Source of the DNA: a virus
Lineage: Duplodnaviria > Heunggongvirae > Uroviricota > Caudoviricetes
DNA: 64,000 bases
Virus record (IMG/VR): IMGVR_UViG_3300034107_000364
Strand: one strand, 5' to 3'
Position numbers and translations under genes: made by a program. Below are positions 1 to 9,707 of the stretch, one piece after another; the first letter of the stretch is position 1; every line of letters begins with the position of its first letter. The notes under the pieces are model-generated. The model saw only the letters and a program-made list of their open reading frames with translations. It was not told the DNA's origin and made no database searches.

Positions 1-33
1 AGTAGCACCCGGAGACTTTTAAAATTATAAATT

Positions 34-399
34 ATGATACGCGACGAACAACCAAAAATTCTTGTGGACATGGACGAAAACGGAAATCTAGTCTTAAATG
101 ATGATTTCGTAGAAATGTTCTATAAAGAACAGGAACAAAACTGGAAATTAGTTAGAGAACATGACAACTTAACTAAAAAATCACGAGCTGTAATTTGGAT
201 CGAATGGAATGAAGACGGTTCTTTTAAAGAACAGTTTGAACAGGTTGCACTTAATAGAAGTTTAATCATGTCACCATTTAATCAATCATTTACTTGGCAA
301 ACAACCAGTGTTACTGAGATTGTAGAACAACGTGATGACTACATTAAGTTCAAAACAAAGAATTCCAATTACGAATTATTTAAAATAACCAATGAGTAG
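34..399 (+). CDS. hypothetical phage protein
   Basis: 121 aa ORF, AT-rich leader ending aattATG, overlaps the next ORF as in an operon; no recognisable catalytic motif. Confidence 0.7.
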   Translation: MIRDEQPKILVDMDENGNLVLNDDFVEMFYKEQEQNWKLVREHDNLTKKSRAVIWIEWNEDGSFKEQFEQVALNRSLIMSPFNQSFTWQTTSVTEIVEQRDDYIKFKTKNSNYELFKITNE

Positions 400-976
400 G
401 CAATTCACATGGTGGAGAAGATTTCATGGCGTTGTAAAAATTCCTAAGCAATACTTGTATAAAGGTGCTAGCGAACTTTTACAACGCATTGAATTCGGTG
501 AATATGAATTCGATCATTTAGGTAGAGAAGTCTATTTAGAAGATGTTATTTACCAGCACAAAGAGGACTTGATTAAAAAAGAAAGTCCATGGCTAAATTC
601 TGAAACATTAGTAGATGCTACGGATTATGAACGCAAACAGCGTAATAAGCGAAAAGCTGTTATGATGAAAAAACATCTCGAGTATGAATCGGTTTTACTT
701 AGAAAACTTAGAGATGATTTGGCACATGAATTTGGATTAGAACCAGAATTAGTTGGTGATTTAATGGAAACATTCGATGGTACAACTAGAGAAATTTATT
801 TTAAATGCATGAGCATTTCTATTAATAAAGAAGTAGATCCAGAAAAGATGCAACGATTTTTTAAAGAACAACCTAGACATATATTGAAACCTAAAGAAAG
901 GAAATATGCAAACCTATGGATTGATCTTATTAAAGAACGAAAATGGGCCAAGTTTTTAAATTGGGAAAACATTTAA
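392..976 (+). CDS. hypothetical phage protein
   Basis: 194 aa ORF, 8-nt overlap with upstream ORF, typical codon usage. Confidence 0.75.
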   Translation: MSRQFTWWRRFHGVVKIPKQYLYKGASELLQRIEFGEYEFDHLGREVYLEDVIYQHKEDLIKKESPWLNSETLVDATDYERKQRNKRKAVMMKKHLEYESVLLRKLRDDLAHEFGLEPELVGDLMETFDGTTREIYFKCMSISINKEVDPEKMQRFFKEQPRHILKPKERKYANLWIDLIKERKWAKFLNWENI

Positions 977-993
977 TAATATAACAGTATAAT
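967..993 (+). promoter_or_regulatory. putative early/middle promoter AAAC-N17-TATAAT
   Basis: AAAC 967-970, 17-nt spacer, TATAAT 988-993; same geometry at 12414, 56505 and 56756. Confidence 0.5.
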
Positions 994-1207
994 GGACATG
1001 TGGATCATATACACGCTAAGATATTTCTTGATAGGTTTTATATTTAATTTAATATATGACATTATAATTTATTATATGAATCGTGAAGATTTACGTTTCA
1101 ATATAATAGAAAGATTTGTATTTGCTTGTATGTGGCCAATTTATGCAATCATGCTAATTCACACTTTTATCAAAACAATTATATATGGTCCAGACAATGA
1201 CGAGTAA
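992..1207 (+). CDS. small membrane protein (two hydrophobic segments)
   Basis: YFLIGFIFNLIYDIIIYY and FVFACMWPIYAIMLIHTFI; start may be the second Met at 998. Confidence 0.6.
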   Translation: MDMWIIYTLRYFLIGFIFNLIYDIIIYYMNREDLRFNIIERFVFACMWPIYAIMLIHTFIKTIIYGPDNDE

Positions 1208-2123
1208 TTATGGATATTGTTGTATAAACACAACGCTACAGAAATCTGAGAAGATTACAACAAATCGTACGATGATTAAGAAAACGTTTACTGAACGTGG
1301 TATTCAATACGCTTCTGAATTAGCATTGCAAAACGCTAGAGACCTTTCACGCATTATTAAATGGAATCATGAAAATGGTATTAAGTTATTTCGTATTAGT
1401 TCTGATATGTTTCCTTGGATGAGCGAATATGAATTGTCTGATTTACTAGATTACGAACGCATCAAGAATATATTATCAGGCACTGGTAAATTAGCTAAGT
1501 CATATGGACAAAGATTGACATTTCATCCAGGTCCATTCGATGTTTTAGCTTCTACCACACCCTCGGTTGTAACTAAATGTATCAAAGATCTTAATAAGCA
1601 TGGCGAAATTATGGATCTTTTGGGTTTACCTCGTACACCATATGCTCCTATAAATATACACGTTAATACTACTCAAGGTGGGAAAGAAGATGCCATGAAA
1701 CGTTTCTGTGCTAACTATGAGTTGCTTGATGATTCAGTTAAGTCTCGTTTAGTTGTTGAGAATGACGACAAGGAATCTCAGTTTACTACAGAAGATCTTT
1801 ACGAAGGTGTTTATAAAGTTATTGGTATTCCAATTACATTTGACTATCACCATCATTGGTGTCATCCTGGAATTTTAAGTCAAGAAGATGCTCTTAAACT
1901 TGCAGCCAAATCATGGCCTAAAGATGTTAAACAACTTGTACATTATTCATCTTGTCAAATGATTCATGAGAATTCAGAACAAACTAATAAGCGAGCGCAT
2001 GCAGATTACATATATGAATTTATAGATACTTATGGGTTAGCACTCGATATAGAGTTAGAAACTAAAGCCAAAGAATTAGCTCTTATAAAATATATGAAAC
2101 AATATCAATGCGAATTAGTATAA
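1197..2123 (+). CDS. uvsE: UV damage endonuclease (UVDE/UvsE family)
   Basis: GYCCIN, FRISSDMFPW, RLTFHPGPF, INIHV, RLVVENDD, FDYHHH, HYS, HADYI, ELETKAKE motifs; start set at MTSNYG (1197) rather than 1185. Confidence 0.93.
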   Translation: MTSNYGYCCINTTLQKSEKITTNRTMIKKTFTERGIQYASELALQNARDLSRIIKWNHENGIKLFRISSDMFPWMSEYELSDLLDYERIKNILSGTGKLAKSYGQRLTFHPGPFDVLASTTPSVVTKCIKDLNKHGEIMDLLGLPRTPYAPINIHVNTTQGGKEDAMKRFCANYELLDDSVKSRLVVENDDKESQFTTEDLYEGVYKVIGIPITFDYHHHWCHPGILSQEDALKLAAKSWPKDVKQLVHYSSCQMIHENSEQTNKRAHADYIYEFIDTYGLALDIELETKAKELALIKYMKQYQCELV

Positions 2124-2140
2124 TCATTAAAATATAAAAT

Positions 2141-2386
2141 ATGAGTTTAAAGGTAGATGCTCTTAGAGCAAAATATATCGCAATGCGATTGGAAGCTGTT
2201 GCAACATTAGAGATTTATACTAAAAATGCAGTGGGTATTGGTGAACACCCTCAAGTAATTGAGGAAATGGACAAACTAATTAGAACGGTGTCAGATGCTA
2301 ATGGTTATTTAGAGACATTGGACAAAATCTTTGTTCAGACTGATGAAGGATCTACATTAGGTGAAAACGGGCCAGTTAATGGCTAA
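2141..2386 (+). CDS. conserved small T4-like phage protein
   Basis: 81 aa with VGIGEHPQVIEEMDK motif recalled from T4-like aquatic phages. Confidence 0.7.
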   Translation: MSLKVDALRAKYIAMRLEAVATLEIYTKNAVGIGEHPQVIEEMDKLIRTVSDANGYLETLDKIFVQTDEGSTLGENGPVNG

Positions 2387-2408
2387 ATCAAGAGGACTAA
2401 AGTTTATT

Positions 2409-2440
2409 AAAGCGGTATAAGAAATTATACCGCTTTTTTT
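2409..2440 (+). terminator. rho-independent terminator
   Basis: AAAGCGGTATAA-GAAA-TTATACCGCTTT followed by T-run. Confidence 0.9.
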
Positions 2441-2471
2441 ATGAATATATAATTATAAAAATAACAAGCTG

Positions 2472-5400
2472 ATGTCAAATTCAAAAAAATTAACAGATTA
2501 TAATTTTGCGCACGGTCTTCATCGTGGTCAAAACGGTTTTTATAGACCAATTTTGCCCGAAGATGTAAATCGACCTTTAACGCATGATGAAATGGATTAT
2601 AATATTCAGCTTATTGGAGGTATTATTGGTGGATATAGAGTAATAGGAACAGGTACAGATAGCGTATTAGATGTAACTAATGATGCAAATAAAAGCTTAA
2701 AGCTGTATAAAGTAACATCAAATGATACTGAAATTATTGCTAGTGGATCTGAAATCAACGATCTAGTTTGGATTGTAGATACTGAGGTTCTTTCCTTTGG
2801 AGAAGTAACTGACGATTTGATACCAAACCAGAATGAGGTGTATGATTTAGGTTCTCCTACTAAAAAATTTAGAGATCTTTATTTAAGTAACAACACATTA
2901 TATTTAGGTACAAATACACTAAGTATGGTTGGAGGTAGCTTACAAGTTAATGGAAGTCCAATTGGTGCCGGTAGTGAATTATTAGATAATATTAATGACG
3001 TAGCTAATCTTTTAGGAATTGAAACATCGATCAGAGTTGAGGCAATAACAGACATAAATAGTCAAATAAATTTAATAGCTGATGAAAATTCTGCAATGGC
3101 ACAATCAGTGCTCGATCTTGATACTCAATTTACAGCAGATTTAACAAATGCTATAACTGGTGAAACATTAGCTAGAACAACAGCCATATCTGGTATAAAT
3201 CAAACTTTAACTTCATTATCTAATGCTAACGCAGCAACAGCACAATCAGTGCTCGATCTTGATACAGCTTTTACAACTGAGATAACTGCGGCAGTTGGTG
3301 CTGAAACAGCATCTAGAACAACAGCAATATCTGGTATAAATCAAACTTTAACCTCATTATCTAATGCTAATCAAGCAACAGCACAATCAGTGCTCGATCT
3401 TGATACTCAATTTACCGCAGATTTAACAAATGCTATTACTGGTGAAACATTAGCAAGAACAACAGCCATATCTGGTATAAATCAAACTTTAACCGCACTA
3501 TCTAATGCTGATGAAGCAACTGCACAGTCGGTTACCGATTTAGGTACAGCTTTTACTGCTGACATAACCGCTGCAGTTGGTGCTGAAACATCAGCAAGAA
3601 CAACAGCAATATCTGGTATAAATCAAACTTTAACTTCAATATCTAATGCTAATCAAGCAATTGCACAATCAGTTACTGATTTAGGTTCTTCTTTTACTAG
3701 TGATATAGAAGATGCAGTTGGTGCTGAAACATTAGCAAGAACCGCAGCAATATCAGATATAAATCAAACTTTAACTTCAATAACTAATGCTAATGAAGCA
3801 ACAGCGCAGTCAGTTACTGATTTAAGTACATCTTTTACCAGTGAAATCACTGGAGCAATTTCAACTGAAGCGCTAGCAAGACAAAATGCTCTTGCAGCTG
3901 AAGTATTAGCAAGAGCCGCAGCAATACAAAGCGCTGTAGATTTAATTCCTGATCCTACAGGATTTGCAACAACTGAAGATTTAGAAGCAGAAACAACTAG
4001 TAGAGTTAGTGCTATAGCAGCAGAAGCTGCTGAAAGAGCACGTCTTCTAGGAATAGAAACAACAGCTAGAACAACAGCAATATCTGGTATAAATCAAACG
4101 CTAACAACATTAAATGATGCTAATTCAGCAACAGCACAGTCTGTAACAAATTTAAGTGCATCTTTTGCAAGTGATTTAACAGACTTAGAAACTGATCAAA
4201 ATCTTTTAAGAACAAATGCAATTGCTGAGGTAGAAAGTTCAATATCAGCATTAACAACTGCAAACGAAGCTGTTGCCCTTTCTGTTACTAATTTAGGTAC
4301 ACAATTCGAAACTGATATCGATGCAGCAATTACAGGAGAAGCTGCTATAAGAGCATTAGCAATAACAAATATAGGTGAACAAATATCTTCTTTAAGTAAT
4401 GGTGATGGAGCAAACGCGACCAGATTAAATACTTTGGAAGCACAATATACAATAACAGACGGATCGATACTTGGTTTTAGCCAAACTTCTGCTCTTAAAA
4501 CTGTAATTGATTCTGCAATCGCAACTGCTAATCAAGCAACTGTAAGTTCAACAACTGATTTAATAGCAGAATTAGGAGAGCAAACTGCCGGTGTAACACA
4601 ATCAATGAGTGCAGATATTAATGCACTTACTAATAAAGTAAACGCGCAATACACACTAGAAGTAAATGCTGATGGTAATGTTGCTGGTATGAGATTAGGC
4701 GCAGATGAAACTGGTAGTTCAATTGCATTTACAGCAGATTCCTTTAAAGTATCTTCTGGAGGTCCAAATGGAGAATTATTAACTCCATTCTCTATAGTAA
4801 ACGGACAAGTTGCATTTAATGGAGCTGTTAGTTTTTCTTCAGGCACTACTGGTCCTGCTGGTCCTGCCGGTACTAATGGTATTAATGGTACTAATGGTAG
4901 AGATGGTGCTGATGGTACAAATGGTTTAAATGGATCAAATGGTCTCCCTGGAGCACCTGGTGCCGATGGAGTTTCTACATATTTCCATGTTGCATATGCT
5001 GATACTGCTTCAGGCGGAGGATTCAGTCAATTACCAGCCGGCAAACTCTATATTGGTACTTATGTTGATACAACTGCAGATGACGCATCATCTGCTAGTA
5101 ATCTATGGAAATGGCAACTAGTTAAAGGAGAAGATGGTCTTAATGGAGAAAACGGTATCGCCGGTGTTAATGGTGCTGATGGATTAACTTCATATTTACA
5201 TATTGCCTATGCTACAAACGCAACAGGTACAACTGGTTTTCACTTAAGTCAATCACTAGATAAAACTTACTTAGGAACATACACTGATTTTACTGAAGCT
5301 GACTCAACAAATCCAGCTCTTTATACATGGACTTTAATTAAAGGTGCTGATGGTGCTGATGGTTTAAATGGATCGGATGGTCTTCCTGGAGCACCTGGTG

Positions 5401-7706
5401 CTGATGGAGTTTCTACATATTTCCACGTTGCCTATGCTGATAATGCTTCAGGTGGAGGATTTAGTCAATCTGCTGCTGGTAAACTTTATATCGGTACTTA
5501 TGTTGATACAACTGCCGCAGATGCAGCATCTGGTAGTAATCTATGGAAATGGCAATTAGTTAAAGGTGCTGATGGTGAGAATGGAGAAAATGGTATAGCG
5601 GGTCAAAATGGTACTGATGGATTAACTTCATATTTACATATTGCCTACGCTAACAATTCAACGGGTACAGTTGCTTTTCACTTAAGCGATCCAATAGGCC
5701 GAGAATATTTAGGAACATATACTGATTTTAATCAAGCTGACTCAACAAATCCAGCTCTTTATACATGGACTTTGGTTAAAGGTGCTGATGGTGCGGACGG
5801 AGTAAACGGAGCAGACGGTGCAGATGGTTCTGCTGGAGCAAACGCAAGAGCAGTAAACCTAACTTGCACAAGTCAAATATTTACATATAATACTTCTGGA
5901 ACAACTCCATCTCCTTCCAATACCGTAATCACAGCAACTGCTTTGAATACAAGTGGAACTGTATATTATCAATTCTTTAAGAATGACGTATCAGTACAGA
6001 ATACAATATCAAATGCATATACCTACACTCCACAGTCTAGTTTTACCAACATGCCTGATAAAATAGAAGTACAAATTAGAGAAGGAGCTGCAACCGGAAC
6101 TGTTAAAGCACGTGACCAAATAACAATGGCTGGAATTAAACCAGGCGCAAATGGTTCAAATGGTTCTAATGGAGCAAATGGTAGAGATGGTTCCGATGGT
6201 GCTGATGGTTATAATGGAGTTGATGGTGTAAATGGTGAACCAGGTGCTGATGGTACCGATGGTATGACCATAATTCTTAGTAATGAAGCACATACTTTAC
6301 CAACAACAAATACAGGAACTGTAACATACACTGGTTCAGGAACTACTATAAAAGTATTTGAAGGAGCTACAGAATTAAATTATACTATATCGGGAGATAG
6401 TGAAGGTACTTATGCAGTATCAGGAGCAGGTAGTTCAATTACAGTAGGAAGTATTACAGATAGCGGTACATTTGCAACTGTTAACAATCATAGCAATATG
6501 ACTGCTAATACCGCTTCAATTACATATACTATTGCTGGATATAGAGCAAATGGAGCATACTTCACCTTTACTAAAACTCAAAGTTTTGCTAAATCTGTAC
6601 AAGGTGCAGTTGGTCCACAGGGTCCAGCACCAGATACCTCACAATATTTAACTACTACAACAACTATTGATGGTGGTAAAATAACTACAGGTATAATTAA
6701 GAATGGTAACTTCCCAGCAAATCATACAACAGCATGGAATACTTATTCTACCGCCGGTATGGGTATAAACTTAGATCAAGGCGCAATAAACGCTAAGAAT
6801 TTCTATATTGCACCAGATGGTACTGCAGCATTTAAAGGAGACATCGATGTTACTTCAGGAGCAACAGTTGGTGGAAGTCCAATGAATGACTTCTTTGAGG
6901 TTGACGATGTTATAGAAGAAGGTACACCACGTCGAGTTCTTAAAATGAGAAATGATGCATACATTGGAACTGTAAAATTTAGTGGTTTTAGAAGTGATTT
7001 TGAATTAACAAAAAGTGATCTTAATAATTATAAAACTGATTTTAACTTAATTGCAGATGATTATGCAACTCGATTTAACTCAGACCCACGTGGAGATGGT
7101 AGTGGTGAAATTTCACCAGATCCTGGTTTTGGCGCAACATTATCTCACATGTACGTTAAAAGAAATGATGCTGTATTAGAAATTGGAGACCTTGTTAAGT
7201 TAGATGAAAATAATGAATTAGTTAAAGCATCTTCTGCAAAAGACAAAACAATCGTTGGTATTTTATGGCAAGAGGTTGATTTTTCTATAAAAGAAAGTCC
7301 ATTAGATAAATTCATAATAAGTGGTAAAGATACTTCAGAAAAAGATTATCAATACCGAGATTCATTTGGAAATAAAATACCTTCGGAAGACAGAGATCAA
7401 AAAAGTATCTGGAAAGTTGCTTCATTAGGAGATTCATTCGATGCAGGTGCCGGATTACAAGGTATGAAAGTATGTAACCAAAACGGACCTGTTGTTAAAG
7501 GAGATCTATTATGTTCATCAGACGTACCAGGTTATGCTATGAAACAACCGGTTGAATATGTTATAATCGGATTTGATAATGATGTACCTCAATACGAAGA
7601 ACGTCAAACAATAAATTCATTCACTTTAGGTAAATGTATGGAAACCTGTACATTTGATGGTGAAGGTAAAGCAACCGGAATCTACGGTTATCTTTATTGT
7701 GGATAG
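2472..7706 (+). CDS. long tail fibre / receptor-binding protein with coiled-coil repeats, collagen-like segments and C-terminal autocleaving chaperone (peptidase G2/IMC-like)
   Basis: N-terminal RPLTHDEMDYN and YDLGSPTKKFRDLYLS fibre motifs; 47-aa helical repeats; lambda-J DUF1983-like AQYTLEVNADGNVAGMRLG..F..DSF; GxxGxxG tracts; C-terminal IGDLVKL..IVGI..KVCNQNGPVVKGDLLCSSDVPGYAMKQ. Confidence 0.85.
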   Translation: MSNSKKLTDYNFAHGLHRGQNGFYRPILPEDVNRPLTHDEMDYNIQLIGGIIGGYRVIGTGTDSVLDVTNDANKSLKLYKVTSNDTEIIASGSEINDLVWIVDTEVLSFGEVTDDLIPNQNEVYDLGSPTKKFRDLYLSNNTLYLGTNTLSMVGGSLQVNGSPIGAGSELLDNINDVANLLGIETSIRVEAITDINSQINLIADENSAMAQSVLDLDTQFTADLTNAITGETLARTTAISGINQTLTSLSNANAATAQSVLDLDTAFTTEITAAVGAETASRTTAISGINQTLTSLSNANQATAQSVLDLDTQFTADLTNAITGETLARTTAISGINQTLTALSNADEATAQSVTDLGTAFTADITAAVGAETSARTTAISGINQTLTSISNANQAIAQSVTDLGSSFTSDIEDAVGAETLARTAAISDINQTLTSITNANEATAQSVTDLSTSFTSEITGAISTEALARQNALAAEVLARAAAIQSAVDLIPDPTGFATTEDLEAETTSRVSAIAAEAAERARLLGIETTARTTAISGINQTLTTLNDANSATAQSVTNLSASFASDLTDLETDQNLLRTNAIAEVESSISALTTANEAVALSVTNLGTQFETDIDAAITGEAAIRALAITNIGEQISSLSNGDGANATRLNTLEAQYTITDGSILGFSQTSALKTVIDSAIATANQATVSSTTDLIAELGEQTAGVTQSMSADINALTNKVNAQYTLEVNADGNVAGMRLGADETGSSIAFTADSFKVSSGGPNGELLTPFSIVNGQVAFNGAVSFSSGTTGPAGPAGTNGINGTNGRDGADGTNGLNGSNGLPGAPGADGVSTYFHVAYADTASGGGFSQLPAGKLYIGTYVDTTADDASSASNLWKWQLVKGEDGLNGENGIAGVNGADGLTSYLHIAYATNATGTTGFHLSQSLDKTYLGTYTDFTEADSTNPALYTWTLIKGADGADGLNGSDGLPGAPGADGVSTYFHVAYADNASGGGFSQSAAGKLYIGTYVDTTAADAASGSNLWKWQLVKGADGENGENGIAGQNGTDGLTSYLHIAYANNSTGTVAFHLSDPIGREYLGTYTDFNQADSTNPALYTWTLVKGADGADGVNGADGADGSAGANARAVNLTCTSQIFTYNTSGTTPSPSNTVITATALNTSGTVYYQFFKNDVSVQNTISNAYTYTPQSSFTNMPDKIEVQIREGAATGTVKARDQITMAGIKPGANGSNGSNGANGRDGSDGADGYNGVDGVNGEPGADGTDGMTIILSNEAHTLPTTNTGTVTYTGSGTTIKVFEGATELNYTISGDSEGTYAVSGAGSSITVGSITDSGTFATVNNHSNMTANTASITYTIAGYRANGAYFTFTKTQSFAKSVQGAVGPQGPAPDTSQYLTTTTTIDGGKITTGIIKNGNFPANHTTAWNTYSTAGMGINLDQGAINAKNFYIAPDGTAAFKGDIDVTSGATVGGSPMNDFFEVDDVIEEGTPRRVLKMRNDAYIGTVKFSGFRSDFELTKSDLNNYKTDFNLIADDYATRFNSDPRGDGSGEISPDPGFGATLSHMYVKRNDAVLEIGDLVKLDENNELVKASSAKDKTIVGILWQEVDFSIKESPLDKFIISGKDTSEKDYQYRDSFGNKIPSEDRDQKSIWKVASLGDSFDAGAGLQGMKVCNQNGPVVKGDLLCSSDVPGYAMKQPVEYVIIGFDNDVPQYEERQTINSFTLGKCMETCTFDGEGKATGIYGYLYCG
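3022..3875 (+). repeat. about six tandem 141-bp (47-aa) intragenic repeats
   Basis: [A/S]RTTAISGINQTLT recurs near 3171, 3312, 3453, 3594, 3735 (period 141); a further degenerate copy near 4060. Confidence 0.9.
4923..5798 (+). repeat. 438-bp (146-aa) tandem duplication
   Basis: GGTTTAAATGGATC..GTTTCTACATATTTCCA starts at 4923 and 5361; STYFHVAYAD..WKWQLVKG..SYLHIAYA..YTWTL module occurs twice. Confidence 0.9.
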
Positions 7707-7765
7707 ATAATTTAGAATTTATATAATATAAAATAAACGCCACACCATTTAATCGAAAACCTACC

Positions 7766-7795
7766 AAAGGGATGAAGAAATTCATCCCTTTTTTT
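7766..7795 (+). terminator. rho-independent terminator
   Basis: AAAGGGATGAA-GAAA-TTCATCCCTTT plus T-run. Confidence 0.9.
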
Positions 7796-7799
7796 ATGT

Positions 7800-7807
7800 G
7801 ATATATA
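7800..7807 (+). promoter_or_regulatory. putative late promoter GATATATA
   Basis: directly after the terminator, 4 nt before the ATG of the CTS cluster; recurs before many late genes. Confidence 0.55.
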
Positions 7808-7811
7808 CAAT

Positions 7812-8507
7812 ATGAGAACAATTTATAAATTTGAAGATTTCATGGGCGAGAGTAGAAGTAAGTGGGACGGTTTAGCATCTAGTTTAACTAGTCTTGTATT
7901 CAAGGCATGGATTAAAGGATACCAGAACGGTATGTCTGAGATAAATTACATGGATCAAATAGAAGATAAATTAGAATTTGATCTTGACGCTACAATTTAC
8001 ATTGATAAAAGATTCAAGGGATTTGAAGTCTTAGAAGGTACTGGTGCCGATGCTAGAGACATTGATGACGACGACGATGATCAAACTCCTTTTATTAATA
8101 TATACTTTGGTATAAATCCTGAATGGTTACCCGGAGAATGGTCTATGGTTTATTTTCATTTAGCAGATGTAATGCGACATGAAATGGAACATATTACACA
8201 AGATGGTGCAGGTGTTGGTAATTATAAAGCTGGAAAACCAAATGAAGATGATTCTGAACTTAGACATCTTATTAATCTGGGAATATTACCTAAAGCACAT
8301 TATATGATGTTACCGAAAGAAGTTGATGCTAATTTACATGGACTTAGATTCGAAGCTAAGAAAAGAAGAGAACCAATTATAGATGCAATCAATAGATACT
8401 TAGATACACAAGAACAAGGTGGTATTATTGATGGTGTCGAACGAGAAGAGATATTAGATCTTTGGAGACGAAGAGCACAACAAATCGGTGGAATACCTAA
8501 ATTTTAA
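7812..8507 (+). CDS. zincin-like metalloprotein with capsid-targeting-like N-terminus
   Basis: MRTIYKFEDFMGE leader; HEMEH motif, downstream PKEVDA third-ligand-like segment. Confidence 0.65.
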   Translation: MRTIYKFEDFMGESRSKWDGLASSLTSLVFKAWIKGYQNGMSEINYMDQIEDKLEFDLDATIYIDKRFKGFEVLEGTGADARDIDDDDDDQTPFINIYFGINPEWLPGEWSMVYFHLADVMRHEMEHITQDGAGVGNYKAGKPNEDDSELRHLINLGILPKAHYMMLPKEVDANLHGLRFEAKKRREPIIDAINRYLDTQEQGGIIDGVEREEILDLWRRRAQQIGGIPKF

Positions 8508-8510
8508 ACT

Positions 8511-9059
8511 ATGAAACACGTAAAATTATTCGAAGAATTTATGAATGAAAAATCAGGAGACTCTTATTCTTCAGGTTGTGTAATGCTATACTTTAACTTT
8601 CCAACAATGAACAAGATTCATGAAGCGATAGATGAAGCTGACTTATACGAAGAAGAGGGTGATAGAACATTTGGCCTTGAAGATGAGCCACATTGCACTT
8701 TATTATATGGACTTGAAGGTTCTGTAACAGTGTCGCAAGTAACTGAGATCTTAAATACCCAAATATTTGGAACTTGCAAAGTACATAATGCTTCTTTATT
8801 TGAGAATCAATATGACGTACTTAAATTTGATGTCAATGGCGATTCTTTAAATGCATGCAACAAAGCGTTGTGTGAACTTCCATATAACAGTGATTTTCCA
8901 GACTATCATGCACATATGACTGTTGCTTATTTAAAGAAAGGTACCGGTAAAAAGTATTGTGAATCTATGAGTGGACAAGAATATGAATTAGTACCGACAT
9001 ATGCTGTTTTTAGTCAACCTGATGGAACTAAAACAGAAATAAAAATTAAAGTAAATTAG
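8511..9059 (+). CDS. 2H phosphoesterase (T4 gp57B/Acb1-like or 2'-5' RNA ligase family) with capsid-targeting-like N-terminus
   Basis: two HxT motifs: EPHCTLLYG and AHMTVAY; leader MKHVKLFEEFMNE. Confidence 0.8.
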   Translation: MKHVKLFEEFMNEKSGDSYSSGCVMLYFNFPTMNKIHEAIDEADLYEEEGDRTFGLEDEPHCTLLYGLEGSVTVSQVTEILNTQIFGTCKVHNASLFENQYDVLKFDVNGDSLNACNKALCELPYNSDFPDYHAHMTVAYLKKGTGKKYCESMSGQEYELVPTYAVFSQPDGTKTEIKIKVN

Positions 9060-9063
9060 TCTA

Positions 9064-9246
9064 ATGGGCAAATACTGTATTATCAAACACATTAATTCAA
9101 TAAATGGGACAAAAGTTCCAGTAATTATTCTAGATAGCTTAGGAGAAGTTTTAGAATTTGAAGAATTACATGAAGCTGAAGATTTAAAGGAGCTCTTTCA
9201 AAAGAATTCGGATTCTGGTTATACGTATACTGTAAAAAAGATATAA
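9064..9246 (+). CDS. hypothetical protein
   Basis: 60 aa ORF tightly packed between neighbours. Confidence 0.6.
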   Translation: MGKYCIIKHINSINGTKVPVIILDSLGEVLEFEELHEAEDLKELFQKNSDSGYTYTVKKI

Positions 9247-9248
9247 TC

Positions 9249-9704
9249 ATGAAACATATAAAACTTTTTGAGAAATTTATAGAAGACAGAATTAAATGTG
9301 ATAACTGTGGGTGGACATGGGATCTTAAAAAGGGTGGTAAGGATTTATATATATGTCATGAATGTTTTCATGATAATACTGAGATTGCGAATGAATCATT
9401 TGTGTTACGAGATTTAGAAGATAAATATGGTATAGATTTGGATTTATATGACAATGGTAAATTCTTAGAATTATCAAGGATCGTTATTCCAAAAGATAAA
9501 AGAGGCGAAGGTATTGGATCTGAAATCATGCAACAAATTAATGATTATGCCGATTCTAAAGGTTTAAAAATATACTTAACGCCATCTAAAGATTTTGGAG
9601 CTACTTCAACTTCTAGGTTAGAAAAGTTTTATAAAGATCATGGATTTGTAAAGAATACTGATAAGAGTGAAACCAGAAATACAATGGTAAGATTACCACA
9701 ATAA
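9249..9704 (+). CDS. Zn-ribbon + GNAT acetyltransferase with capsid-targeting-like N-terminus
   Basis: MKHIKLFEKFIE; CDNC..CHEC; acetyl-CoA motif A IVIPKDKRGEGIGS and motif B FYKDHGF. Confidence 0.8.
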   Translation: MKHIKLFEKFIEDRIKCDNCGWTWDLKKGGKDLYICHECFHDNTEIANESFVLRDLEDKYGIDLDLYDNGKFLELSRIVIPKDKRGEGIGSEIMQQINDYADSKGLKIYLTPSKDFGATSTSRLEKFYKDHGFVKNTDKSETRNTMVRLPQ

Positions 9705-9707
9705 ATT

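Noticed and set aside
4930-5559. Two near-identical 63-aa alternative-frame ORFs (4930, 5368)
   Set aside because: By-product of the 438-bp duplication in Gly-rich coding sequence, with no codon shift in the main frame
3022-5798. Repeats as CRISPR array or DGR template/variable pair
   Set aside because: Repeats are in-frame, contiguous coding units with no spacers; differences are not confined to adenines; no reverse transcriptase or cas gene in the window
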